Below, one piece after another: positions 21,950 through 34,367 of a stretch of 64,000 nucleotides of DNA. The position numbers and the translations under genes were made by a program. Source of the stretch: Dudresnaya verticillata (lineage: Eukaryota); assembly GCA_977862235.1 (NCBI GenBank), contig OZ374560.1, forward strand, positions 1,984,001 to 2,048,000, in the 5' to 3' direction. The notes beneath the pieces were generated by a model. The model ran no database searches, had not been told where the DNA came from, and worked only from the letters and a program-made list of their open reading frames with translations. Position 1 is the first letter of the stretch. Every line of letters starts with the position of its first letter.

Positions 21950-24900
21950 TATTCCCTTGGCGCGGTGGTAGCGCGCTACGAGGTTATGGGGGAGGTTTCC
22001 CCTTGGCCCCATGTCTCCTTGGTGGCAGGGGCCTGATACATACGTATCCGATATAGCTGTTCCAGAGGGGCGTAATCAACGATGCGGTCATATACGTGCT
22101 CTCGAGCAGGAGCTTTGCGTAGGCGGTAGAAAGAGCGCGGAGGCTCGATTGGAGGAAGAGGAGGCTCGGCGCCACGACTGGCCAAGGTGGATCCGGGCGC
22201 AGGCGGTGCAACTATTGTCGGGGGTCTCCCCTTTAGCGTTCAAAGACCCATGCGGCGTGGGCGCCAGCGTTACGCGATCTAGCGAGATGGTTTCGCGTTC
22301 CCCTTCACGTCTATTATGACTACGTGTGTGCTCCGTTCAACGACCTTATACGGGCCCAATGCCTTTGGCAGCAGTTTGCCTTCACGTGCCACGCCGTCGG
22401 CGTTTTTGAGCTTTGTCTCTCGGTGGACAAACACTCACTATCCGGGTCGTATCTTATCATTGGCAGGACGCATCCTGTTATTGAAGTTGACTTCATAGCG
22501 CTTCTGCGCCAGGCGTAAGCGAGGGAGTGCCGTCTCCACTAGCTTTCCGAGCCGGCGAGTTAAACGCTTCTTGACATTGTTAGCAGGCACGTTTGCCACA
22601 TCGACCGTCTCGGCACGCTCCATTAATAGAGACTTGGGAGGGTTCGACAGAACGAGATCTACAGGGGCGAACCCAGTTGCCTTGTGGACAGTAGTTTTAT
22701 AGGCGTATGTCAGCGCGGGGTAAACTCATCCCAATCAGTCTGATCCTCAGCGATAAAGTGACGTAATCCAGCCAGAATCGTGCGGTTGAAGCATTCAGTT
22801 TGCCCGTTCGACTGGGGGTGGTAAGTTAACGTAAATAAGTTGCGGATCCGCAGAATGCTACATACTTCCATAAAGAACTTCGATGCAAATTGGGACCCGT
22901 TGTCCGAGAGTAGATATCGTGGCGGTCCATACACGTAGACCCAATGGTCACAAAAGGCTTTCGCCACTGTATAGGCCGTGATGGTCTTCAAAGGGACCGC
23001 CCTAGTAAGCTTAGGGAAGCGATCCGTAATAATGAGTAGGTACTCATTACCTTTGCCTGAACGGAGAAGCGGGCCCAATATGTCAATGCCGACGAATTAG
23101 AGAGGCATGGTTGCCGGGAATAGCTTCATAAACGAAGTGTGTTTCCGCAGTTTTACTCTTTCCCTGGAACAAGCCACGCAGTTGCGTACAGTGGCATGCA
23201 CCGCTAATGCCATGTCTGGCCAATATACCTGACGTCGCAGGTTTTGATATATGCGCGTGCCCCTTGGATGTCCGGCCATTACGGGGTAATGAGCGAGGTG
23301 CAATACTCGCTCCTGTAGCGTTTTGGGTATGAGCACCTGCCGTACGCTATCAATAGGTGCTTTTCGGACCAGCAGTCCCAACTCGTCTTCGAGGTAACAA
23401 CCGGGTCGGCCATCCTCGAGTCCCGCTCTAATCTGCAGACAGAAGGGGTCTGTTTTCTGCTCACGGAGGAGCTCCTCAATAGTTAAGAGTGACAGGGATT
23501 TCTCATCCACTTCCTTCTCGGCGGTCGCCACTGATAGTTCGTCCGTAGACATAGGCTCGTCGAAGGGCTCGATCTCCCACGCTTCGATAGGACCGTCAGC
23601 CCATAAGGGCGGATTATGTTTCCCAGAGGTGTCATCCTCGATGATATAACAAGGAATTTCCAGATCCGGTCCACGGCTCGTATAGCCAAAGGTAGGAAGG
23701 CGTGAAACAGCGTCTGCTATTTGGTTCTTCTTACCCTTCTTGAATTGGGATGTAAAGTTGTACTCGAGTAAGCGTAAACGCCATCTCGCTAGGCGTCCCG
23801 AAGCGTCGGTCATACTCATAATCCACTTCAGTGCTTGATGATCAGTGTACAAATCGAAGTGCGTTCGCTCCAAGTATGGACGTAATATCTGCACAGCCCA
23901 TACGACGGCGAGACATTCTTTCTCTCCGACGGAGTAGTTCTTCTCAGCGGGCGTCAGCCGTCGACTCCAGAAACCAATGGGATGTCTTTCCCCTTATCAT
24001 TCATCTGCATGAGTGCACAGTCTATTTGATATTCGCAAGCGTCGGTGTCGATCGAGAGATTACTTCCCAGCTTTGGCAGTTGTAGGATAGGTGGGGCGAT
24101 TAGCGCGCTTTTCAACAGCTCGAAAGCTTCCGTTTCCTTTTTGTCGAAGGGCGGTAGATCAAACTCCACATCTTTCTGTAGAAAGGCATTGAGAGGTGCA
24201 GCGACTCGCCCGAAATTCGGAACGAACCGTCGGTAGGCATTACATAATCCGAGAAAGGAGCTCAGTTGCGTCTGCGTTCGCGGCTCTGTAAAGCCCTCTA
24301 TTGCTTGGGTGTTCTTGGTTGCAACCTCTAAGAGACCGGGACGAATCACATGTCCGAGATAGTCGACACTCTTAGTAAAGAAGTTACACTTCCGCAGTTT
24401 CAGCGAAACGCCGGCCTCCTTCAGGATAGTGAGTATCTCCCTTACGTGGTTCAGATGTTCGTCGACGTTCTTCGAGAAGACAATGATATCGTCTAGATAG
24501 ACCAAGCAGGTTCTACACCTGAAGCCTGATAGCAAGATATCGACTGTACGTTGAAACGTCGCGGGGGCGTTACACAGCCCGAATGGCATTCGCTTGAACT
24601 GGAAGCATCCCGCATGACATGTGAACGCAGTCTTGTGTTGGTCCTGTGGACAAAATGGGATCTTCCAATATCCTGAATTACAATCCAGAGTCGTAAACAG
24701 CTGGGCGTCGCCCAAGGAATCGAGACATTCGTCCATTCGTGGAAGTGGATAGGAGTCCTTAATGGTGATGGCGTTCAGCATACGGTAGTCCACGCAGAAG
24801 CGTAACGAGCCATCGGGCTTGCATACTCCGAACGGGCGGGCTCTATAACGCCTTCACGGAGCATCTTCTCCACTTCCTCTTGTTCCACCTGTCTGGCTTT

Positions 24901-26110
24901 TGGTCCAGCGCGGTACGGTTGGGTAAACACGGGTGTCGCCCCTTCCTTGAGTTCTATACGGTGTTCCGTCGCCTTGATCGTTCCGAGTTGACCACTCCAC
25001 ATAGGGGTGAATGGCTTAAGCATCTTGCAGACGCGATTCTGATCCTCGACCTGTAGGTGTGTTAAGTCCAAATCGTCGATCGTTATCGCTTTTACAGCTT
25101 CCGTCACGCCGGGCGTCGGTGACGATTGCAGCAGCAAGCCCTGCCCCCACGTTGGAGAATGACTCGGGATGCGAGGCCGTGTCGGGCGCAAGAGACGGGG
25201 CGTTCCCAAAGTACAAGGCGTACAACGGCGTGCGAGAAGGCACCGGTATCGCGCGGCCAAGTCGTTGGCGCTTGGTCAGCTGTTGGGGCTTCCGTGAAAA
25301 ATTCGCAACCTTGATATGGAACAGGCGGTTCGGTGTGATCTCGGCGATGCTGTTGGACAGGAATACTCCTTGTGTTTTGTGTAAAGGTTGGAAAGCATCC
25401 ATGACATGGGTTCCCTGTGCTGAGCATGTAACAGAAACCCAGGTTTCCGATTTCGGAGGTAGTAGAATAGCGTGAGCGACGCGGATATGCCGCTGCACGG
25501 GGCGAGTAGGTATCCCGTAGTTTCGGTTGGTCTGTCGGGACGGCGTGGACCACATTGGCGTCGAAGAATGGGGTGTTCCGACCCGTCACGGAGTATCACC
25601 GTTTGGTTGCGCACGCGCAGCGTTTCGACGTGATTATCGATAAAGGTACATCCGAGAATCATGTCGACTGCTAGCGCGTGTGCAACAACAAATGGTTGAC
25701 GTACCGTGTAATTTCCAATCCGGACCAGGAGAGAGATACTTCCAAGGGTAGCTAGTTTGTGCCGGCTGGCCGACACTAAATTACAGATTGGTCGGGAAGT
25801 CGACACCTTCTTCAATTCTGCCTTCCACAGGGCATCAGCTCTTATGAGGTTGGGACCCGCTCCAGAATCCAGTACGGATAATACCCGAGTGAGTTTTTCA
25901 GTTGAAGTCCCGACGGCCGCAGCCACTTTATAATTGTAGCGTGACAGCGCGCATACGGGATTCCTACAATACTCTTCGAACGTACGCCCTGGAGGGAGGA
26001 CCATCGGGCGAGCTAATACCTTCTTGGGTAGAACGAGAGGTGTCTCGACATCCGACCGTTCCGATGAACCGGGAGTTGGCAACTTGCCAAGCGGGTTGCT
26101 ACCCTCAGTT
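21950..26110 (-). pseudogene. pol: pol of element 2, multiply frameshifted
   Basis: PR VLDSGAGPNLI; RT DSYPLPRMD, MPFGLCNAP, YLDD; RNase H IDTDAC, YTDH; INT DILGP, SDNG, NGQTE; chromodomain-like YDRIVDY...ETW. Confidence 0.93.
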
Positions 26111-26151
26111 TTCGGATGATCGGGGGGCTCCGGGGTGGAACCCCAGTCCCC

Positions 26152-29100
26152 CTAGCTAGTTTTTCGGCTGTGAGCCGGGCTTGCTAGCCGGGGAATGTGG
26201 TAAAGGGGGTGGTGGAGGAAAGGCGCGTCCGCCCATGCGAGGTAATCTGGGAGAGTGAGGTCGCGGCCTGTCCGATCGGGTGGTTCAATCCCGCCTTGAA
26301 ACTCACTTGGCGATTTTGATGGAACTGATTTCCCGGCCTTCCGGCGTTGTCTGGCCCTGTCCAGGTTGGAGGAGGTGACTCCTTGGCGAAATTCGGGAGA
26401 CGGCCTACGACGGCGAGCCAGTCCTTTTGTTTCCGCGACAGCGCATAGACATTCTGGCGCATCAGCGTGACAAATTCCAAATCGTCCGTACGATCTAAAT
26501 GAGGGCAGTTGGGCTTCTTGTGGCCCACGCCAAAGCACTCAAAGCAAATATCGTTCGGGAGATCATCGATTGTTACCCATCCGGGGCGCTGTGCCTTGGA
26601 TGGCTGTGCCCATGCGGGTAGCCTTGAATTTTGGTTAGACAGAACCGCATGAACTGCTTCATAACGGCTTCTGCCCTCACTAGGCTCTCCGGACCATGTA
26701 TCCATCGGCGACACCGAGGACGGACCGGCGTCGCGTTCGAACGCAGCAACTGCCTGCCCGTTGGCATCTGAGTCACTACTCGAAGCGTCGCTGTCCGAAT
26801 AGGAGTGGATGGTACCCGAGGGACCGGCTGCCCTCGTCGAACCAGAAGAGTTCTGCTCGACTTGCCAGGGGCGGCGCGTGTCATCTGCTTTTTTCGGGGC
26901 AGCAACCTGGAGGACTTCTCCTTCCTTCGACTGGCTCCGACGAGCGCGCGGTGGGAATCACTTTGGGCGGTGGCTAGCTCCAGGTAATCTGCGAGTCGGG
27001 CCGTTGCTGGGTCCAATGAGGTGGTACTCAGCAATGGATTGACTGCGGGTAGTAACCCTCTGATGAACCGTGTAATGAGGTCCTGCTCCGAGTACACTCC
27101 GGCGACTCTTCGCGCGTTATTCTGGAGCCTCCTTGAGAATGATACCTCATCTTCGTCGGGCTCCTGGGACATGCGGTCCATCTCGGCAGCCATGCGTTCG
27201 ATGTACACGTCCCTCGCGAAGCGTCGCAGCAGGTTGTTCACTGCCTTCAGCCATTCGGCGAATCCCCCATTATCGTCGCCCGCGACGTCGAAGTTCGCCT
27301 CGAAGAGATCTTTGGCGTCCTTCTCGAGAAACTCCGGTATCGGTATCACTAGGATCGCGGGCCCCTCGTTTACATGCGCTTGGTCTAATTGACGCTTCAG
27401 CGTGGCTAGGAAGCCGATGATTGATACTGGGTCACTACCATCGAAGCGTCGACTGCGCATCACGGACTTGATCCGCTTAATCTTTCGGGACGTCGATTCC
27501 GTTACCTCCGGCTCTCGGTACGGGTCAAGGTTTAGCAACCGGTATCATCGATAAGAAAGCACGTTAGCGAACGCTGGGTTCCGTGGTACCAACTCCTTCA
27601 GGCCCGACCGGCGTGGTCCTATCCAAGAAGACCTTGGCTGGCTTCGGGAGTCCGCTCCGTATGCACCCTCCGGCTCGGCGTCACGATTCAAGGACAACCG
27701 TTGCTGGCTGTCCGTTTGTCGGTCATGCGGCGTTACGGGTCGCGACCGATAATCTCGAGACGGGCAGTCGTCCCGATATCCACCTTGCCTTCATCCCATA
27801 CATGGGTTATCGCTATGTCTGGCACTACAGGGGCACTGACTGTGCGTGTCCGGCTGTCTAGGAGGATACCTCTCCTCGTGATGGTACGGGTCGTCACCCC
27901 TTCTTCCATCCCGATGCGGCGAAAGTCGGCGTCGGTCGCGCGTCCCTCGCGGGACAGGAGACCGACGTCTCTGGATTTCTGGGGATTCATCCCGTTCACG
28001 CATCAGTCGCCTGACGCGAGCATCCATGGTCGCGACCCTTCGCCTTTCTTCATCGAGTTCCTTACAGAGGAGCTCGATGGCTTCATTATGTTCGGCGCAC
28101 CGCGCGCCGTCTGCGTTATGACCAATGCCTGTTAATGCCACTAGGGCGTCGTTCCTCGACTGGTCAACTTCTTGGGAAAGAGTTCCCACGGTGTCCTGTA
28201 CTTCCTCGACACGCTCGACCAGCGAATTGACTCGAACTCGAAGCGTCGCGAGTCCTTCCTCTTGCGGGATGCCAGGGTTTCCAGGACGAATTCGAGACGA
28301 GATCTCCTCTTGACATCTGGTCAGTGCTTCCTCATTCTGGCGAACGGCCGACTCATCGATATAACGTTTGATTCTCGAGAGTGACTCGTCCACCTGGACT
28401 TCTAAAGCTGTTGCCAGATCGGGACCGACTGTCCGTTCTATTCCATCTTGGATCATCGTTCCGATCTCTCGCTCCGTGAAACACCGTTCGTCGGAAGAAT
28501 TGGCCTTCCTCCGGATAGGCATCCCAATGTCTGAGGGAAGGCTTGAATCTATCTGAGTGAATACTCGGGTGTTTACCGACGGCAGCAACATGCCCGTAGA
28601 CTCATGCGTTCTGGGATTGCGATCCATACTTTCACTCGAGACTTTCGTACTCGCTCCTACTCGAGGGGTAAGGGTTGCAACCCGTTCTTCTTCGTTCAAG
28701 GCCTGGTCTCCGCCGGAGCCGGGCAATTCTTCTTGAGTTATCCGAGCCGATAGCTCCATTTCTTCAGGGACGCATTTCGCTTGGTCACGGGGAGGACGTC
28801 CCAGGGTACCCGCTGAGGGGCTGCGAACTAAAGCGATTGCTGCCGTAGTTGCACGGGTGGTCACCCCGGTCAGCCGGACGGAAGATAAACTCACCGTTCG
28901 GCTGTTGGTGCGACGGCCTGTTAGGACAAGTCGCGTGGTGTCGCCATTTGAAGTAGGCATGGCGCCTGAGTACACTTTCTCGCCCGTTGTCGGCTTGATA
29001 GCTGCCCGTGGGAGTATACCGTTCCAGACGGACAGCTGAACGAGCCTTAGCTTTCGGAAGTGCCGATGAGGGGCGGGGGACAGTTTTCCCCAGGCTTTCA

Positions 29101-29209
29101 CCGTACAGTCCGTACTTCTCTTGTTTTTCCGTCTTGAACTTGACGCTCCTTGGGGAATCATCCTATGGTTGAAGTGGTTGAAACCCGAAATTCGAAACGA
29201 TTGTAGCAA
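26152..29209 (-). pseudogene. gag: Long gag of element 2, frameshifted, with a coiled-coil N-terminal extension
   Basis: ORFs 27791-29209, 26573-27538 (FDGSDPVSIIGFL) and 26184-26714 (CFECFGVGHKKPNC). Confidence 0.85.
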
Positions 29210-29251
29210 AAATGGAAGGGAACCGACCTAGGAAACGATTCTAGGTCAAGA

Positions 29252-30154
29252 TGTGGTGCAAGGGGAGGTGAGCCCTTTTTCGCTGAAAGCGGGCAACAAC
29301 AAATACGTCGACCGACGGAGAAACCGCCACCGGCGCCCACCACCGCGGTTGGCGCGCGAACACGTCATCGACAGCTCACTGGGGCGCGCGCGCACACTGC
29401 GTGCAGCGCGCCACGCAAGCACTGTACGGTGATGGGCCGACATGGCGCCCCGGGGACTTCTAATACGGATCCAGATGGGATCCGAATCCGGTATCCAGAT
29501 TGGCTATCCGGATCGCCTGAGCCGTAAGATACGCGCCTGTAAGGCTGCCAGTGTTCGCATTGCTGGCCTGATCCGGATGGGATCGGGATCGGACAAGTAT
29601 CGGATTAGATCCAAGGCGCACGCTCTACAGTACACGCGCGCTCACAGCTGTAAGGCACACGCGTCCACGTGGGTGTGTAAGCACCCACACAAGGGGTTGC
29701 ACGGGAACCTGTCAGGCGCGCGGCTGCATACGATGGGTGATCTGTTAGACGCGCCTCGGGACAACACGTGTCCCGAGTTCCCACACTACGCACACGTACC
29801 GCCGCCGCCGCAACGCCGTACTATACTTCGGTAAGCCGTCCCAGACGTAGCAGTAAACGCCCGGGCAAGCTGGCCTTGGTCCAGATTTCCCCGTGGCGCA
29901 CGCGCGCACCCTACCGCTGCCTACGGCTCAAGCGTCTACCTCCCGTGCTTCCACGTCTATCACCGTCCTTGAAGTGTTTCCTTTCTGTTCCCTTTTCCCT
30001 TCCTTTCCGCCTCGGGCGTCTAAAGTTCGCCCAAGGCGTGTCCTCTGCTCTACCACCGGCCACCCAAGGCGCGGCTACTCACCGCCACGGGCGCAGCTAC
30101 CCACCGAGCCCCGAACTGCTCGGCGGCGTACCGTCCTCAGACGTTTGCACCACA
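29252..30154 (+). mobile_element. Solo LTR (family B) inserted in the PBS of element 2
   Basis: TGTGGTGCAA...TTGCACCACA termini; 5-bp TSD CAAGA at 29247-29251 and 30155-30159. Confidence 0.92.
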
Positions 30155-30165
30155 CAAGAGACCAC

Positions 30166-30972
30166 TGTAGCAGTATGGCCCCGGCTATGAACAGCAAAGA
30201 ACAAGAAAAGACAGATGTCCGATATCACATCACACGCTAATGGGTGGTATCTGGAGGGAGGTTTGGTACAGACTTGAAAGGAGGCGGGCCCTGATGACCC
30301 GACAGGCGGGTTGCGGACGCACGGTAAAGACTCGGCGCGACCGACTGAGGGAAAATATAGACGTTGCGACCCGGTATTTCGTAGAGTACTTGTCGTACGA
30401 TGTACGGGCCTGTACTGGGCGACCCCTGAAGGCGCGGAGCGTCCGAACGACCAAAAGGTGAGTACTTTCCGAACAACTTCGCTGAGTGTTTATTCTGAGG
30501 GCACCGGCTATTCCGGCGCCCATAAGTAGGGCTTGACAGCCGAAAAGTCCATCAGCCCGAAAGGGGGCTAAGTTAGTCTATGATTATAGTTACGTAGGTT
30601 AGTACAGTCATTACGAGTTAAAAAGGGGGAATGCGTTCCAGCTAAGGGACTTGGTGGCGGATGCGCCGGTGTTCAAGCCGGGGTCTCGGCTGCATTGTCG
30701 ATACCCTGAGCGCAGAGGCGCTCCTAGTTCGTGAGTAGGAGAGCAGCGGCGCATCGTAAATCAGCCAATACGAGGGGTCCAACTGGCGTCATTATAAGGC
30801 CAAGTGTAAGCCACGTGTACAGCTGTAAGGCCACGTGTACACACGTGTCTCCCACGTGTCATCCACGTGTACAAAGATGAAAGGACAGCTGTTCTGATTA
30901 AGGTACAGTCTGTCCCGCGAAAAGAAGTGCGCTCCTGTAAGCCCTCCTGCTGACAGCGTCCATACTGCCACA
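30166..30972 (-). repeat. 5' LTR of element 2 (family C, 807 bp)
   Basis: TGTAGCAGTATGG...CCATACTGCCACA (12/13 inverted repeat); adjacent PBS start TGGTCTCTTG. Confidence 0.9.
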
Positions 30973-33422
30973 CTCCGCGACACATACACAGTCTCGACGT
31001 GAACGCAAACAATATGGCTGTATGAAAGGAACCGATTTCAAGAAGCTATGGAATGACTTCTCTCTCCGGATTCCTCCGACTTTTGATAAGGTTTTCTTAG
31101 AATTTGCCTACTTAGGCACTCACATAAACATAACGATACGACTGTCTAAGCTTTTAATAGTGAAGTAAAACAATGGTAGTTTCTTTCAACATTGGTATTC
31201 ATAAATAAACACTATAAATACTCCGTGAAGGTGTTGTGCTCAACTGCTGCACAACAATGCACACCGGCGCACAGCAATGAGCACAACACAACACCGTGTG
31301 CCAGAAAATGGGCCAAAGTCGCCTACGCAGGACCCCGTTAAACAACGAATAGAATACAACAACACAACACCGGTACGGATACAAGTTGATTCCTCGTGGC
31401 TCGCATATATTCTTGTCAATTCTAGCTTCAGCACGAATACTGTAGACAAAACGCGAACCAAACAGTCCATGCCGGGCCATACAAAACAGGATCTGCTGCC
31501 CAGCAGATCCATCCAATTAGAGGTGTAAACGCTGTCACCGCTGTTATTGTTGTCAGTGCTGTTGTACGCGGGACACTGAGGGTGTTAAAAAGCATGAATT
31601 TCTTATAAATATTGCCCATACAAGTGTAAGTGTAGGCATCGAAATTCTCACTTTGACAAACACCCTAGCTGAAGCTAGAGTCACCGTCGGCGAATCTGAC
31701 AGCACTGCAACCGCTTCAGACTCTGCTCACCGCGTTGTAGAGTCACTAGTCATATGGTATCGTTCTTGTGCGAATGACAATGAAACGTTAGAATAAACTT
31801 CTTGTGAGGGTATACGTTATGAAGAAAGTTTACGGACAGTTCTTGGAAAGAGGGAAGACATCGAATAGCAGAAGAATCATTGCAGAAATCAGTTAGCTTA
31901 GAGAAAACGTACCCGAAACCAAGTGGAATAGGCGTTCATTAATAGCCACAGAGTAGATGTATGTAGCAGACCGTAAGAACTCTTCTACATTGCAGGATGG
32001 CGCACAGCATATTCAACTTGGAAAGGTAGAGAAAAGCATGGGCGGGGTTTAAGCCTCTCTGAAAAATCGAATTGCAACGCTTTGCTGGTTGCAAGTGTAG
32101 CCGTACCTCGATAGTTTCGTGACGACTATGCCTGAGATTGCGGAGCGTTAGCTGGACGACATGTATTTGTCAAAGTCATGCAAGTCTAGCACGTATTAAC
32201 GTGTATGGTTGAAAAGAACAATTTCGAATGCAGTACGGGACGTATCGCAATGATGACTCCACCCGGCGGTTCCGCTGGAGATCATTCTGAAACTCAAGAC
32301 CTGAATGGGAAGAGGTCAAGAGACGAAACTCGCAGCCTTTTCGACGCTTGTCAGATTGCGCCATTAAACATTGCGAGAGGGCTTTGCGTGTACTGGCTTG
32401 TGACCATACAACGTAACGCATTGCCGTCGCACTCACTACCCTCACCTAATGGCATCTTTTGTATTACGACTTTATTCATCGGAACGCTAAAGCACCATAA
32501 CGGGCTTAGCAAAGACGGGTCTAGACGATGGTCAACAAGATTGGATAGTAGTAGTAGTAGGGGAGGTGCCCTTCTTCATTGCTAACAAAAGTGGGCACAT
32601 TCCTCTGACTGTTCCGCAACATATCTTCGCACTGAATGGCAGTGAACCACGACGCACTGTAACGCAGAAAATGCGGTCAAATTTGCTAGCGACTGCGACA
32701 AGGGCTAGATGTTTGCCTTCCTTGGCAAAGTTTCCTATCCCATAAAGGTCAGCTCTTTCTTTAACTACGGTAGTGTATGCACTTTACAGCGTTACGTGGG
32801 AGGTCCAAGTTTGTCGGTGCCGGCAGTGGGTGCTCTACAAAGTGCTCGTGCTTGAATAAGGTCATTCCTCAAAATAGCATTAGAGATTTTAAAGCGACTG
32901 AATGTTGGTTTGCCCTAGCACCGTAGTACCGGTGCAGCACTGCGCTTACGGTAATGCTTAATGACACACATTGCCCTCTGACAAACGCATGCTGGCGTAA
33001 ACTGTCAAAAGAATTGGAGTTGCGTAATGTGGCGGTTGCCGCCTGCCATTTGCAAACTTCCGAGTTATGCCAGCGCACTTTTGCCGCGCAATAATTGCAA
33101 CCACACCGGCGCAACATCCTTCAATCTTACATATTGTCCTCATTAAAGGCATCTATCTCAGCTTACATATGCGCTTCCCTGAATGGCTACCACATTATAA
33201 TAGTATGAAAGCATCTTCTCATCTCGAAGCTCCCCGGATATTGTTCTTTGCCTTGTCATGCATATTACAGTAATATAATATTAGTTGCATCATCTTTGCC
33301 CAGATGACCAGAATAGTCGCTTCGTTGAGTCTTATAAATAGTGACTACTAGTAACTCTCTCCGGTGGCAACTCCTACCTTTACGAAAACAACTTCATTGT
33401 TTGCTGGATCGACGAAGCAACT

Positions 33423-34367
33423 ATGGCAATATCCACAATGTATCTCTCAGCAATCCTGCTACTCCTCGTATCCGCAACGAAGGCCTCCTCTGAAGATAGA
33501 GAGGAAATTCTCCACACTTCTGAGCACAAGAGAGAACTCTGCGGTGGCTTTTGCAGCTTCCGAATTTGCCGACCCAATCTCAACAACAACTTAAGATCCG
33601 TTGGGCAGACAACGGACTTGAGAGTACCTGGCATCCCGGGCTACGGGAACATCTGCAAACCAAGCAGAGCAGTTGGGCTAATCTTGAGAACAGGGGAACC
33701 AATGATTAGAGTTGCTCCGGAGACCTACACCCCCCTTGCCAGCTGGGCCCCCGTAGGCTTGTCTCCCCAGTTCCCAAGCCGCTATTTCGGAGCCCGCCGA
33801 TCAACTCTTAAGGCTTTCAGAACAACCCGTTCCGGGATTTATAGGAAAGCGTCGACTGGAAATCAATATGAATATCTTCAGGGCAGTTGCATAGTGCTGC
33901 CAATTGTTAAATGGAAGGAAATCAATCCGGATACCAAGGCGTTCGTCGGTATTGCAAAGTCTTCCAAGGGAGAAACAACAGATTGTGTTAGCTTCAAAAT
34001 AAGTACGCCAAAGATGCGGATTCAAGCTACGTGGATTAACGATGGCGATGTGGACATGAGCGTGAAGCAGCCCAATGATGACGTGTTGAGCCGGGCTAGT
34101 CCAAACACTCGGTACGGGTCTTTCTACCGAGACACTGGTAAGGATCAGTGCGGTTTGAGGGACTTCAACCAAGAGAAAGTTATCTACACGTCTCAAGCTC
34201 CGAAGGGTACTTATACTATTAAGCTCGTTATGGGAAAGAAGTGTAAGGCGAAGAAGTTTAGATGGATTGTCACCGTTCAGCTTGATGGGAATGTAGTGCT
34301 CAAAGAATCCAAAGTGACAAGAGCAAAAAGGTTTGCGACAATTACTACTCTCAACTTCACAATTTAG
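33423..34367 (+). CDS. Secreted protein, Cys-rich N-domain plus YfaP/DUF2135-like C-domain (paralog 1, 314 aa)
   Basis: Signal peptide YLSAILLLLVSATKA; CGGFCSFRIC, GNQ, DCVSF, ATWINDGDVDMSVKQPN; TATAAA near 33334; intronless. Confidence 0.85.
   Translation: MAISTMYLSAILLLLVSATKASSEDREEILHTSEHKRELCGGFCSFRICRPNLNNNLRSVGQTTDLRVPGIPGYGNICKPSRAVGLILRTGEPMIRVAPETYTPLASWAPVGLSPQFPSRYFGARRSTLKAFRTTRSGIYRKASTGNQYEYLQGSCIVLPIVKWKEINPDTKAFVGIAKSSKGETTDCVSFKISTPKMRIQATWINDGDVDMSVKQPNDDVLSRASPNTRYGSFYRDTGKDQCGLRDFNQEKVIYTSQAPKGTYTIKLVMGKKCKAKKFRWIVTVQLDGNVVLKESKVTRAKRFATITTLNFTI

Larger units (their letters stand above)
17025..30972 (-). mobile_element. Ty3/Gypsy chromodomain-bearing element 2 (LTR family C) with two antisense ORFs
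   Basis: 5' LTR 30166-30972, partial 3' LTR 17025-17288, PPT-like GACGGGGGCTG at 17289-17299, PBS, broken gag-pol. Confidence 0.9.

Noticed and set aside
31199..31619. Cys-rich hydrophobic minus-strand ORFs
   Set aside because: Driven by ACA/TGT low complexity; no consistent frame or motif
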